Shown here in pieces: positions 11,830 through 26,039 of a DNA stretch of 64,000 nt (positions within the stretch are counted from its first letter, which is position 1; each line of letters opens with the position of its first letter). The position numbers and the translations under genes are program-made. Location: contig NC_092672.1 of the NCBI RefSeq assembly GCF_964355755.1, positions 13,516,001 through 13,580,000 on the forward strand, written 5' to 3'. This stretch comes from Antedon mediterranea (Eukaryota > Animalia > Echinodermata). The notes below the pieces were generated by a model, which was not told the origin of the DNA, did not search any database, and saw only the letters and a program-made list of their open reading frames with translations.

Positions 11830-14806
11830 TACCATCAATTTGTTGGAGAAATTGCCTCCACTGGTTGAGGACACGCATTTCAGTACTTTTTTTGTCATCA
11901 TCTTCTGATATCTTTGTCTTGAACAGTTTGTTTATCAACCTCAAATCAATTGTTGCTTCTTCTCTTAAAAATGCTTGTTTGAAGGCTGTAGGGTGTTGTC
12001 GCATAGCTTCTAAAACACCAAGTGTGGATAGACCTGATTTGAACCTGCAAAATAGTAACTTAATTTAAAACAAAAATTGCCTTGTTTTCTTTGGTATCGT
12101 TTTGTATATTTGTTTTATTTAGTTGTACTTTCTGTAACTGTGAGGGGCTGGTTAAATTTGTCCAGTTAACAAATACTGTAATGCAGTACTTACTGATCTA
12201 AGCAATCAGCTGTCCTTCCAAAGAGAAAGTATTGTGATGTTCTCTGTACCGCAGTTTCTATGTCCTCGACAGATTTTACGTTGACCATACTACCGGCATT
12301 GTCGATGGTAGTAGCCAAAGCACTAAGGTAAGATATCTAAAAAAAACCTAAGATAAAATGCCAATTAACTTTTCATACATTTCATTTTGCACTAAAAAGA
12401 ATCCTTTGACACATTTTCCATATTGAATGAGGCAGATGTTAGTTTGTACCTGAAGCAGTGATTCCTTCACTTCACTTGGTGGCAGTGCTTCTAAAGGTAC
12501 ATGCACCTTTTCTGGCCCATTGACAATCGCTTCAAATAAAATCGGAGCTATGAAATGTGGACCTGGTCCACCATGAACCAGTGAGGTGGCGATTATTCTT
12601 CCACATAACAAATAATCTTGTGCTGCTATGGCTGCGAAAAAAGAAAATATCAGTAAAAACCAATTAAATTCAGTGGCTGTTATTAGAATTCAAGTGTAAA
12701 AACGGTTTCATTGACACAAAAAATCTTACAAAACAATGACGCTGTTTTCTCTAATAGCATTAGTGTATGTTTTTGACTCCATCTATATGATATAGAAGAG
12801 GAGGATTCTATATGATGTATATTATTGCAACACACCTTCAGCATCTCTAGTAAGAAGTTTTTCATCTCCGATGAAACAACGTCCTTCCTGCATGCTTTTC
12901 ATACAAAGCGTCAAAAATTCTCTTGTGGGACCTCCAAGGTCCACAGCCCCTTCCGCACTAAATTCGACATCCAATGTGCTGTCTGCAAACACCACATCTA
13001 ACTGGGCACAAGGGTTGAACCTTTTTCGGTTAAATCCAATTTTCGCTCCTTCCCACACATTTCCTCTCCAGATATTGAACAGATTCCGTGGAAGTTTGTA
13101 GTCTATTTTCCCTGACAATTCTACCAGAATGTCGCTCAGCATGCCTAAATGTAATGAAATAAACAACTGTAATTCTTATCTTGTGGTTATATGCATATGG
13201 TGCTGGCATTCATCTGAACAACGAACAATAACAGGTACAAACAATTCATAAATCTAAAATCCAATACTAACCTGTCATACACTCTGAAAGTTGTTGGAGC
13301 TGAAGAGCAAGATGGAACTCCTGCACTTGAAGAAGGTGTTGATGATGGTATGGTAGTTACAGATGGCAGTGTAGGTAACAATTGTGCGGTTGATGATAAT
13401 GTAACTGCGCAATCTGTTGAGGCTGGTGTAGATATAACAGTCGACAGTGAAGTAGCAACTAAAATAGTGACAAAATATAAAAAGATCATAAAGGTTTAAT
13501 ATATCAATTTAGTAGAAAGCAACATTCTGACTGATTTTTTAATGCTTTAATAAACAATATTTTTATATAAATACTACATAATTTTTAAAATGATGTTTAA
13601 CACCAATAAAATAATGAAAACAAAATTAGGATGGGGTGGCTTATTTTTATTTAAGTGGACAATGCCACATTTTTCTAGTCCGTAGTATTGGAAATGTGAT
13701 AAACATAATACATAATAGTTGTAATTCTATGTTAATTGTTATGATTTACATACGTGTTGATGGAAAAATATTTTCTGAAATCCATATCATCATCCGATAA
13801 CATCGGTGGAGATGGCAACCTCTTTTTTGCTCTTTCAATCTGTAAATAAAAACATTATTTTGCCAAAACATATTAAAAAAAAACAAAAAACTTAAGGCCT
13901 GATATCTTAAGACAATATTTTAAGATTCATACCACTTGTTCCATCCCTTCAATTAGTACCCGCTCAGGTCGTAGATATACAGGTTTAGTGTACTTGATCA
14001 TTTTGGAAAGAATGAATCCTGATATCTTCTGTCCATTTTCAAGTTGGGGTTTGAACAAAGTCTGCCCTATGCTGTAGAGTATTTCGAATCTGAATCAATA
14101 ATAGTGAAACAATTAAACAATTACCAAACACAAATAAACCATTTTTAATGCAATAAACTAATCAATAAGTGTAAATACTTTTTCAATTAAAATTTTGTAA
14201 AGTAGCTCACTTAACATCACCAAGGCTTGGAAAAAGGTCTTTGAGTTTAGATACAATCTGTTGATCATCCCACTCTTTCATAAAACGCACTCCTGTTTTA
14301 ACATGTCCATGCTGAGCGAGAAACAGTTTTGAACCATGTCTTGGCACTGTGTTGACTTCTGGCCCGGAAACAAGGACAACTTCCCTGAAGTATGGTCCAC
14401 TACTACCCTTGCTTTATGATAAATAAAAGGATTTTATTCCACTATAAGTAAATTTATTCATTATAAAACATTGTTTGGTATGTTCTTTTTTTTTTTGGTT
14501 AACTTAATGTTAATGTTTGGGAGGTACATCTTTAAAAATGAGAAAGGTACGATTAATTCTGACATTATCAACATTGAATAAATTGTTCAAAAACCACTTA
14601 CACATCATTTCTATTTCTTTTTCTTCTTCTGTTTGTGTTGGAAGGTCTAAAGTTTGCCTGAAATTGATATCTTGGTACAACCGGTGCAGTCACAGTGGAT
14701 GTAGAAGGGTTTGAAGTAGAAGGGGCAGATGTAAAATAGTTGGAAGTAGAAGGGGCAGAAGAAGAAGGGTTGGAAGTAGTAGAAGCCACAGTTGCAGTAG
14801 TTGGCC
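11830..14806 (-). pseudogene. Multi-exon G2E3-like HECT E3 ubiquitin ligase gene, truncated before the catalytic C-lobe
   Basis: HECT N-lobe motifs 'EGAVDLGGPTREFL' (12836-13145) and 'GRIIATSLVHGGPGPHF' (12450-12631). Other GT-AG exons at about 14598-14806, 14211-14410, 13933-14089, 13754-13839, 13272-13457, 12193-12336 and 11830-12045. Confidence 0.8.
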
Positions 14807-16759
14807 TGTGGAAAAAATATAAGAATAAATAAATGCAAGACCATCAAAATTTAAAATGCTTCTTGAATAACTATTATTTAACACTGTATAAAACCACTGT
14901 AAATTCTTATTTTGCACAAATAATTTACCACATTTAATCATACTATATTTTACCACAGGGATTTTTGGTGCCTAAACCAATTGACATTTTAAAGAATTTC
15001 ATGATTAGATAAATATTATTTTAAAATAAATTTTTTAATTATGTTATGTTTACATAAATAAATGAAATGTCACAATTAACCAAATTAATCCACAAAAAAA
15101 AAAAAAATTAATCAAATCCATTTAACCCAAAGAAATGCCACTTTTGACATTTGATGCGCACCATAGGCCTACATAGCTCATAAGCATGATTCTTGAAAAT
15201 CCTAATAATACAAATTATAATTCCATATAATCTTTTTGTTGAGAGATTTTATAATTCACATGCCCATACGTCTTTGTTGTAGATTTCAGGGGCGTTTTGG
15301 TCTCTTCAGGCCGTTTTGGATTTTTATGGATTGTTTGTACAGTCCCAAATTTGCAGTAGGACCATGCTGGAATTAGCTAAACTTAGTTAGGGCAGGGAGG
15401 TGAATATATAGCCTATGGGCTAGTCATAGGCCTATGAACATGACCTAGGCAAATGCTCATAAAATATATTGTTGAAAACAAATATTCAAATATAGATACC
15501 TTGAAGATTGGCCAAATATATCTTCTATCTCTCTTTGGCGATTTAAAATGCTGAATAACCTGGTTAATTCATTTTGCTGAGACATGTTTAGGATACTCCT
15601 GTAATTGTATCACTGCCAGTGCTAGTCTACCTGTGTTAGGGAATGTGTCATCTGATATAGGTGTTGGGTATCGGGCAGATAAAAAAAATGCTGCAATTTT
15701 TTTTTTATCAGAGATCATTAACACAAGACTCTGAACAAATACCGGGCGCAATGCTGCTGGGGCCATGGACCCCCTAACCAATTATACAAAATGTTTATGA
15801 ATGCAATGGAACAAATTGTCAGTAGTTACATTTCTTTCAATATGCGGCAAAAGATGAATACTACAAGAATGACAACTGAATACTCTTATCTTTAAATTTA
15901 AATAATTTTTAATTGTAATTCATGTATTTGTTGTTGTTGAACGCAATTAAGAATTAAGAGAATTAAATTATTACAAAACTTACATTTCAAAGTTTATTCA
16001 AATATAAAAAGTACAGACGAAAAAAAGAAGTGAAAAAAAAATTATCTAGGCCTACCTGAAAAAAAACAGTTTTTTAGAACATAAATTAACTTTAATTTTA
16101 AGCTTTTTGCTTATTTTATTTGTATTTCATTGAGACCTAGTCACTGATGATTCCACATCATTAAAATATTTTTATTTATAATTATATGACATATTCTATC
16201 TTTTATTTTACAAGAAATACTTTTTTTTTTTCATACATTTGTTCCATTCTTACAATACATTTTCAAGTATGAATATACACTTAATATTTGTTGTTTTGGT
16301 CAATTTTGTTACAGTTTTTTCAAGGAAATTTTTTTTCTTCTTGATCCAATTACTCGTCAAAGTGAATAATATATAACATTAAAATGGCATATGTGAAAAC
16401 AATTAAAAAATGTTAAGGAGGGCAATCTATCTTAAATGCATGTTGGTGCATATTTCACAAGAATATAATAATCAACTGGGCCATTAGTGTAACATTCAAT
16501 ATCTAATAAAGTTGGAAATCATGCTATTAAATATATATATTTATTTTTCAACCACAGCTTATTCATATTACTATAAAATACTGTAAATTATATATCAAAA
16601 TATCTGGGCCTAGTTATACTATTATTTTGTACCTAGCCCACTTTCTGAAGTTTGTCATGCCACATTTCCGCCTTTTTAAAATAAAAAAATATTTCTAACA
16701 ACTCGGAAATAAACAGGTAAACAAGTCTATGGCTGACGTTGGGCCTACTTTTATACTTT

Positions 16760-17290
16760 ACTTTATTTATATTTTATTTTATTTAATTTATGTAAAGGCG
16801 CTTTACATAAATACATCAAGACAGACAAAAAGTGACATAGATACATAGATATATAAAAGTATGGATACAGTTTTAAAAGGTAGTTAAATTTATATTCAGT
16901 TTCATTATTAAGAATTTGGCTTATTATATACCGTTATTATAAAACCATTAAAAATTGTTGATACACTTATATATTAAAACATCAAAATTTAGTATTATAA
17001 ATAAGATTATAATATTAATAAGCATTTTGACACAATCTCTTAAATTTAAAATACAGTATATTTATATATATTTCAAAATAAAAAAATACAACATTTAAAA
17101 GTACGAAGAATAGATTTCTTAAAAATACCAAAAGTACTAAAGTCTGTGCAACCTTTTTCAAAATACTTTAAAATTTGTCCTGCCGTGTTGTTTGATGCAA
17201 CTTTTAAATAAATAACACATCTTGTTTCCCCATCAATACATCCATGAAAGACAAACCTCCATGAGATAAGTTTGTGGTTGGAATCTATAT
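16760..17290 (-). mobile_element. Highly decayed LINE 3' fragment (L1/Tx1-like)
   Basis: Minus-strand 'GGLSFMDV' remnant and an A-rich tail near 16760-16790. Confidence 0.35.
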
Positions 17291-18650
17291 GCCTGTAAAA
17301 AACAGAAAAGATAAATTACATTTTGCCAAGGTGCATTGGCTTTCAAACCATTGCGCACAGTTTATCATTAACAAAATTCATTTTAGTAAAAAATGTGTAA
17401 CTGTACAGGTACTAATTATTTTGCACAAAAAAAATGTCTATTTATTACCAAAAGGTCAAATAAAATATATGTATGTCTGTCTGTATGACTTTATATAAAT
17501 GCTTTTATTTATGCAGACAAAAGTCTTAAATCTAAAAATATCTAACATTTAAGTAAACTAATGAAAGTTGATTAGGTTTCAACAAGCTTAATATGGGTAG
17601 TTACAGTTTTGTTTGTAGATATCATTAATTAAACAGATCGTTTTATATAAACCATATATAAACGCCCTGAATAATGCCTTACATTTGCATACAAGTACTG
17701 AGTTAAGTAATATCATAGTAAAACCCATGGAGATGCATACATACCATAGTTGATTTGGAACAGTTACATTGTAGGTTCTTCTCACAATTGTGGATCTCCA
17801 TCGCAAAGCTCGTTCAACAGGATCAAAGTCCGGTTTACGAATACGGGCGTAAGTAGTAATTCATTGGACATAGCCCAAAGAAAGCTTACGCCCGTATTCT
17901 TAAACCGGACTTTAGTCGTAGTTCGAGCTAAAACTAAAAAAATGACGTCATTTTAATTCATAAACCGAACTTCAACTAAATCACCGACTAAATCAGGCCA
18001 TGGATTAAAGAATAGAAGGATATGCATCGACGTGAGATCAAGGGTTCCTTGACTCTCGCCGACAGACCGCGGACCGCCCACAATGTTACAATTTAATTAA
18101 CCGCATGGTAACAACGAAACGGTCGCGTGCCTAATATATTGTTTACTGCACATGTGCAACGACATTTAACCTTGTTGACTACGCTTCTTTCGCGCGTTCT
18201 TTGTTGCACTGTATGTATTCATACATATTTGAACAGTATAATCAGTGGCGTAACGGCTATGTGCGCTCACTGGCTAAACCGAAGCTTGGGGCCCATGAGC
18301 AGTGCCCAGAGGAACAGGCATAAAATATGTCGAAAAATGCTAAAAACGTCCAAGGCCTCGATCTTTGAAACTTGGAGGGCCACTTAGGTTTCCTAAACAA
18401 GTGGCTTCAGGCCTCTGCCTCACGCCCGGGCCTCACGCCACTAGTTATTAAATTACATTGTATGTTATTGTGAAGACCCTAGTGTAGGCCTACTTCATCA
18501 ATATACCAGATAAAAACAATACTATATTGTTATTGGCTTAGAATTGTAGATGCTATAATTGTAATTAGTATAGGTTTCTGCCGCGATTGATCTACGCTAA
18601 TGTTTTTATGACATTAAAGTAGCATTTTATGACCTGTAGTAGCCCTACAT

Positions 18651-18682
18651 CTGAGACAATAACTATTTATTTGTTGTCTCAG
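18651..18682. mobile_element. 32-bp TIR-TIR footprint
   Basis: ctgagacaa...ttgtctcag flanked by the 7-bp direct repeat cctacat. Confidence 0.55.
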
Positions 18683-19531
18683 CCTACATACATGTAAAAT
18701 TACAAAATCAGCAAGGATACTAGGCCTAGGCCTTCTAGGCTTACTAGTAAACCATATGATTTGCCGACATTGATGCTGCCTAGGTAGGCCTAGGCTAATC
18801 TTAAGTGTAGTAGATACAACGTGTAATCATGATCTATATACTCACCGTTGTCTTACTTCTTGTGTGAATAATAATAGGTACTTCGTTTGTTCGTGATTAA
18901 GTTTGCCCTGCGTGTACTTTTCAAAACGACCGCTAGGTAACGAATCGCAACTATACATAGCCAGCCAATCCCGGATCAGGGATCGCTGTTTTCATTCAAT
19001 TAGACCCGGTGATTGGATGTGATGTGGATGACATAACCACTAGCCAATCACCAGGCACTACAATTTAAATATAATCACATCGATAATTAAGGAGATTTAC
19101 ACGATTGTTGTATGGGTGAATACCGGCCACGCTAACAACATACATGGTCAAATGCATAATTTAATATTCTATAGATTAACGCAATTTTTAATGACAGAAG
19201 ATGGCAGGCAAATAATGATAATTCAAATATAAAAATTGCATATTTTATTAATGTTACCAACTACTTAAAATTACCAGTCGTAAGAAAGTGAACTTTTCGT
19301 AGTCCGATTGTGATGTAACTAAAACAGAATTATTCAGCAATATATTTTTGTTGTCAATTAATCATCGACGCAGACATGTCAATAGAACATTCAGACTGCG
19401 CATACGATTTCTACATGGTTACGTTTTGGTCTCAAAAAATGTAACAGTTGATTCGCAGCGTTTTACAGAGGGCCGCGGTTAAAGACACGGAGTTCAATGA
19501 GCGTGTTTGTTTGATTGGCAGCAGTGCTTTA

Positions 19532-20458
19532 CGCCCGTATTCTTAAACCGGACTTTAGTCGTAGTTCGAGCTAAAACTAAAAAAATGACGTCATTTTAAT
19601 TCATAAACCGAACTTCAACTAAATCACCGACTAAATCAGGCCAACCTCGACTAAATCGAGACGGATTTTGATCGATTTTTTTAGTCCTGGAGAGGGCAGA
19701 CTAAATGGTCGACTAAATGGTTTTTAAACGATGTTTATAAAAAACGTAACAGTCATTGAGTTGTTATATTGGCCAGATATTGAAGAATGAAATATCTATA
19801 TTTATATTAGCTTAATTAAATATACAGTGGTATAAATTATAATAATGAAAATCATCTTTATTTACAACTGTATACAAATTACATTATTTTCTTCGCGCAA
19901 GTCCGACTTGAGCTACGTCACGCCATAGCGACAATGGGAGATGCGGCAATTCACCACGCGATGGAATGTTTAGGGGGCCTAGCGCTTTCTTGTCACGCTA
20001 TGAAGTGCTTGGTTCGTGGCGATCATACTTTGTTGGGGGCCTAGAAAATATAAAAGTTACCGTACCGCCATGGTTCCTAAATATATTTTTAAGATTTTAT
20101 TTGTTGTTAATCAAATATACTTCACTGTTAAATTATTACTGATATTGTTCTAATAATTAACGATTAAAATTATTTTTCATGTATATAGTCCTGATGCGTA
20201 AAAAGTGTTGTAAGAAATGGAAAGTGATATCAATGCGCAAAATTTCGTCTGCTCCTCAAATACTCTCTTGTCATTGGCCAATGTATAGCCTTTGTTACCC
20301 AGACGTGTGCAACTCGACTAAAAGCTCGACTTCATTAAGTCGAACTGCAAACTTCGACTACTTCGTTTTTGAATCGAATTTGAAGTAATAGCTCGAACTA
20401 CGACTTTTCCAAGTCGAACTTCGAACTACGACTAAAGTCCGGTTTAAGAATACGGGCG
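19532..20458. mobile_element. PIF/Harbinger MITE copy B, intact (927 bp)
   Basis: ~38-bp TIRs with a TTA TSD on both sides. Confidence 0.92.
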
Positions 20459-21245
20459 TTAGTATAGGCAAGCGCGTTGTAAAATCGTTTGATGTCACCG
20501 TTGATGCATATCCTTCTATTCTTTAATCCATGATCAGGCCAACCTCGACTAAATCGAGACGGATTTTGATCGATTTTTTTAGTCCTGGAGGAGGGGGAAG
20601 ACTAAATGGTCGACTAAATGGTTTTTAAACGATGTTTATAAAAAACGTAACAGTCATTGAGTTGTTATATTGGCCAGATATTGAAGAATGAAATATCTAT
20701 ATTTATATTAGCTTAATTAAATATACATTGGTATAAATTATAATAATGAAAATCATCTTTATTTACAACTGTATACAAATTACATTATTTTCTTCGCGCA
20801 AGTCCGACTTGAGCTACGTCACGCCATAGCGACAATGGGAGATGCGGCAATTCACCACGCGATGGAATGTTTAGGGGGCCTAGCGCTTTCTTGTCACGCT
20901 ATGAAGTGCGTGGTTCGTGGCGATCATAGTTTGTTGGGGGCCTAGAAAATATAAAAGTTACCGTACCGCCATGGTTCCTAAATATATTTTTAAGATTTTA
21001 TTTGTTGTTAATCAAATATACTTCACTGTTAAATTAATACTGATATTGTTCTAATAATTAACGATTAAAATTATTTTTCATGTATATAGTCCTGATGCGT
21101 AAAAAGTGTTGTAAGAAATGGAAAGTGATATCAATGCGCAAAATTTCGTCTGCTCCTCAAATACTCTCTTGTCATTGGCCAATGTATAGCCTTTGTTACC
21201 CAGACGTGTGCAACTCGACTAAAAGTTCGACTTCATTAAGTCGAA

Positions 21246-22226
21246 TAGACTTGCCCCAAGTCTGTATTTATTGTCTTTTTTTATATTTATTTGTTTTTAT
21301 TCCGACCGCGATTTTTCTCTGAAAATACAGACTTGTGAAACACGTATAGAAATCGATTTGCAGACCGCAAACATCCGATAAGAATGACGTAGGTTATCAT
21401 ACCGTATTTGGCTATATGGGGCGGGCGGTATGTAAATATGGATTTCGAATCAACCAATGATCATTTTGTTTCAAAATGAAAAAGATAGAGTACGTACAGT
21501 GCTGAATGTACGATTGAAACTGAACAACTGTTGAAATATAAAATCGTGTTGCCAAGTTGTTTTGTTTATTAATTGTTTAGTCCTGGCCTAGGCCTCCTTC
21601 GTAGGGTACTCAACTCGTACATGACCTGCCAAATAGAACGCCAATAAGGTACATACCACCACCGACCGGCACACAGCAGGGCTACACCGGCACACAACAG
21701 GGCTACACCACCACAAAGAACAGGACAGGGTATGGATGGGTGGGAAATAAATTAAATTATCTCCGCATAATAAATGATCCATTCAATGTTTGATTTGCGG
21801 AGAAGCTAGCCTATCATATCAAGACGAGTTTTCATGTTCTTGGGAAAAATCCCATCAAATGTTTACCAGACTACTAGGCATATAAAATCATTTCTAGCTT
21901 TCAGAAACTTTCATCAATGTACCTAAGTACACATTGTCTAAACGTAATATAGCGCATGCGCATCGTCTTAGATGTTGAGTATTTGAAATTCTGAAATATG
22001 AATATTAAAACAGTGTACGAGTGAGTAGCCAATCGCATGCAGCTGAAACTAGTCAACCGGATAATCGTATGCACCAAGAATTCTTGGTGTCAAACCACGT
22101 GACTTGTGCGTGTTTCCCCAGACGGAGTATCCAAACTCAAGTAATACACGTATGAAACGCCATATGTGCAAAAATATTTATATTTTTACTAATATTAAGA
22201 CAAAACTCCGTCTGGAGCCCAGACTA
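21246..22226. mobile_element. Non-autonomous AcademH-like element
   Basis: 9-bp TSD taagtcgaa, TAG...CTA termini, and a local hairpin at each end (agactt-gcccc-aagtct; gtctgg-agc-ccagac). Confidence 0.75.
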
Positions 22227-25200
22227 TAAGTCGAACTGCAAACTTCGACTACTGTACTTCGTTTTTGAATCGAATTTGAAGTAATAGCTCGAACTACGAC
22301 TTTTCCAAGTCGAACTTCGAATACGGGCGTTAGACCCACAAGAATAAAGAATGTGTAAAATTTGTGTACTGTATTTTTTTAATTCTGCTATTTTATTATC
22401 AAACAGTATGCATGTAATCAAAGGAACTGCGCGTATATGAACACATGAGATGGGAAGGTTAGACCCACGAGAATAAAAAATGTATTTTTGTGTAATGTCA
22501 AAGAATATATATCACAAGAATGAGTATTCCGCGATTTTTGCATGAGAAATTTGTAACAGAGAACTCCAGAGAGTGATGCCCGCCCTCATAAGGGCGGATG
22601 TATACATACTAAATAAGACTTGATTTAATAGATATTATACATGTCACATTAAATAGAATTATGATAATAGTTTTGCAATTGTAAACTATTTTATAATACA
22701 TATTTATTAACAAACTAGTGTACATTCACTTTTACAAACAATTATTTACTAACATGCTAAGTTAGTTCACAAAAAAGGCCTAACACAGCAACACCAAAAA
22801 TCAACGAATCGTTACTCAGCACGGCCTATTCTTTACCATTGCCGTGTACTACTGTACGCCCGGTAAATTAAGTATTGTGAATTACCAAAAAATCGGCGTA
22901 TATGGATAGAGTAAGTATCAATAGTCTGTTTTACGTTAAAATTGGCTTGAAACCCTATTTAAGCTTCCTACAGCGAACATTTTAAAAAAGGTCCTCATTT
23001 CACATAATTGTTACGTCTCGCGGCACTAGTTCCGTCGTGTGTGGTGCATGGTGTGTTGATTGTGGTTGTTGCAGGTGTGGGTGTGTGCACGACCTGGTGG
23101 ATCGTTGTCGTAATATCGGCCTAGGCTTAGCCTTAGTAACATGTTGATAATTAAAATACTTTAGTTACAATTTAGTATTATTAAAGTTTCGTTAATCCTA
23201 CTCTATATTGAAGATGCGTTGGGAAGGTTTTAAAATCGCAGCCTGACATATAGTTAAATATCCTCATTATTGGCAACTGATGGGTACAATTTATTTACTG
23301 TATTAATAATTATACAATAAATATACAGACACAAGGAAGTTTTGTGTTTAGTGCTTTTTTATGGTAGGCCTACAGTACAGTCATATTTTATCTGAATATG
23401 TTTTCAGGTTGTGGAATAATTATATAATTATACAGTATTTAAGAAAATGTTTTCGTCATAGTGACAATTATTTAAATAGTTCTTTACATTTCAGCTATTC
23501 ATTTTCATTTCAGGTTTTTTGTTGGTATCAAGATTTCTATCTCGTTCTTCAATATGAGGTTGGACGGTGGAAGCTGTAAAGTGGTTTTCTCGATTTCAAT
23601 ATCATTGCTGATAGTTTTTCATTTTATTCGCTAATATAACATATAAATTTATATTCATTTAAGTTGTAGAAGTGTTTCAGATCAGTAAATTTTTATAAAG
23701 ATATAAATTAAGTTGCAATTGATTGATTGATTTACTTTATTAACCAGAGTCGCACAGATGCATACAAAAAACATAAAACAATCATAAAATCAGTAAGACT
23801 CAAGTAAAAATGATATCTCAAAAAGTACATATGGTGGCATATTTTATATTTACAGTATTATGCCTAGCTAGTTTGTTATGTCTGATGAACAAGGTGCTAT
23901 TAGAAGTTTTTATATACAGTAGTATTTACTATTTGTATCAGTAATTGTTTGAAAGGTTGTATTTTTTCACATTCTGTATATGTATACATAAAAAGAAAAA
24001 ATGTATTGCTTGTGTGAAATGTAAGTTGTATCTAATAAAGTAATAGAATATTTCTGTATACAAGTGTGACATTTACTGCCAGATATTGATATACTTATAA
24101 GTACCAACCAATTAACAATACTCAAGTAAATGATGGGCTAATAATTATCTTTTTTAAAAACATGACCATATAAAAATACATGGTTGAGTCTCTCAAACAA
24201 AAGATGCCTGATTTTATAAATAACATTCCCCACCATATTTATATATAAATTGAAAATGGGTTATCTTTTGGCACTTTGTTTTTCAATTTATTGTTTTTTA
24301 ACAGTGTTTTTGTAATTTTTTCTGGGCCTAGGTTCTTCTTCAGGCTTCTTCTTGCTTGGTATATGAGCTGGGATAGACCTACCAGCCTAGATTATGGAAT
24401 ACCCAGATTATGTCTACTTCTACTCCAGCTACTATTATAGGCCCTACTATAACACAAACTACTATCAGAATTACCTAGCCTAACTAGGCCTAGAAAATAC
24501 TATTTTAGGCCTAGCTAGGCTAGAAGTTAAGTAAGTAATTATAGTAGCTAGTCTAAGTAGGCCTTTCCTAGCTCAGAAACCAAATAGAACAATAATCGGG
24601 CAGCAGATTGAAACCTTAGGCCTGTGACGCAGTACGCCTGCATGAACAACCGGATTAAACAGGGACACGATTCGGTCCGGGTCGATTCGTACCAGCTTCG
24701 TAAAACGTAAACAAAGTTTCAAAATGGCGGTTTTTAGATCGTAACTGAACAGAAATGTAGTGGGTTTGGTTTGATTAGTGCGAGTTGCATCCCAAGAAAG
24801 CTTAAAATTAGATTTTTATTTTAATAGATAGCTTAATAGTTTATCTTGAAAGGATTTTAAATTCGCTTTGAAACCTTATCTAGAAAATATGAAATTTAAT
24901 GATTTTTTACCATCATTAAAAAAAAAATATAAATAAAAAAGTTTATACACAAAATAATGATATTTCTCGAAACAAAAAAACTGTGGAATTTAGATCACAG
25001 TTTTTATCATTATTTACGCTTGCAGTTCAACTATTGAAATACGTTTATTGATTTCATCTAATATCAAAATTATACAATTTTCAAAGTGTACTAAAATAGC
25101 AAAAATTCCAACATTTTCCACGAAGCGCGCCCTCACAATGAATGAAATCAGTGATGCGTTACCAACGCGGCTTTCCGACTGAATAGTATTTAACATGATG

Positions 25201-26039
25201 TTGGCATGTAGTTGATAACATTTTTATCATCGGAAAATACTCCGGTGGTCCAGCATTTGATTAGTGAAACCTTCACAAAAAGTTGTATACATCCCAGATA
25301 CATCCACACTTATGGCGGCGCCCTACCACATGGACAATATTACTGTTACAGGGAAAATCGCGGATTACTCATTCTTGTGATATATATTCTTTGGTAATGT
25401 TTATTGTTTAATTTTGCTGACTCTAACACACACGTCACACACACCAACACAGCTACTACTAGAATAGACATGGGTTTAGAGAATAGTAATTAGGCCTAAT
25501 AGTATCAATAGAAACTATAATTTTAACACGTAATTCTTTAGTAATAAATTATATTAAACACACCATAAACTAAAGGCTGATTATTTCGACAATCCACACA
25601 AAACGCCGCTATTCTATTATGAAATCGCACGCGGCAACCACAGCGGAGATAGGCCTAGAATCGTACCGCACTTGTGTAAACTACTGTAATCACTTCTTGT
25701 TGCTATACGCTTGGGTGCACACGGAACAAGAAAATTTAACTGATGAATTATTCATGTTTATTTTGTGACGTATCATGAGGGGGTCCCCAACTTATGTACG
25801 AAAAAAAAAATCGCTTCCCGGCGGGGCGATCCAAGCGTCACGGCGATCCAAGCAGGGAGTTGAACAACTCCCTGATCCAAGCGTCACGGATTGGATAGCC
25901 TACCTTGTACATCATTGTAAATTGTCAACAGACAGTGTGTTACAGACAGTGTACAGTGTGTTAAAAGTACAGCATTTATGATAGACAATAACGTGTATAA
26001 CTTGCTATAGTTTTACAGGTAGAGCCTGTGGACAGTAGC

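Larger units (their letters stand above)
17999..20532. mobile_element. Non-autonomous P-superfamily-like element
   Basis: Perfect 30-bp TIR catggattaaagaatagaaggatatgcatc and 7-bp TSD atcaggc (17992-98, 20533-39). Confidence 0.85.
17889..22329. mobile_element. PIF/Harbinger (Tourist-like) MITE copy A, split by two insertions
   Basis: TIR cgcccgtattcttaaaccggactttag and TTA TSD (17886-88, 22330-32). Pieces 17889-17998, 20540-21245 and 22236-22329 reassemble to match copy B. Confidence 0.9.

Noticed and set aside
18243-18443. hAT-like MITE (cagtggcgt...acgccacta)
   Set aside because: No convincing 8-bp TSD; plausible but unsupported.
22071-22088. Palindrome caccaagaattcttggtg as another excision scar
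   Set aside because: No flanking direct repeat.
24618-25353. Possible MITE (cctgtgacgcagta ... tactgttacagg)
   Set aside because: The TIR match is short and gapped, and no TSD was found.
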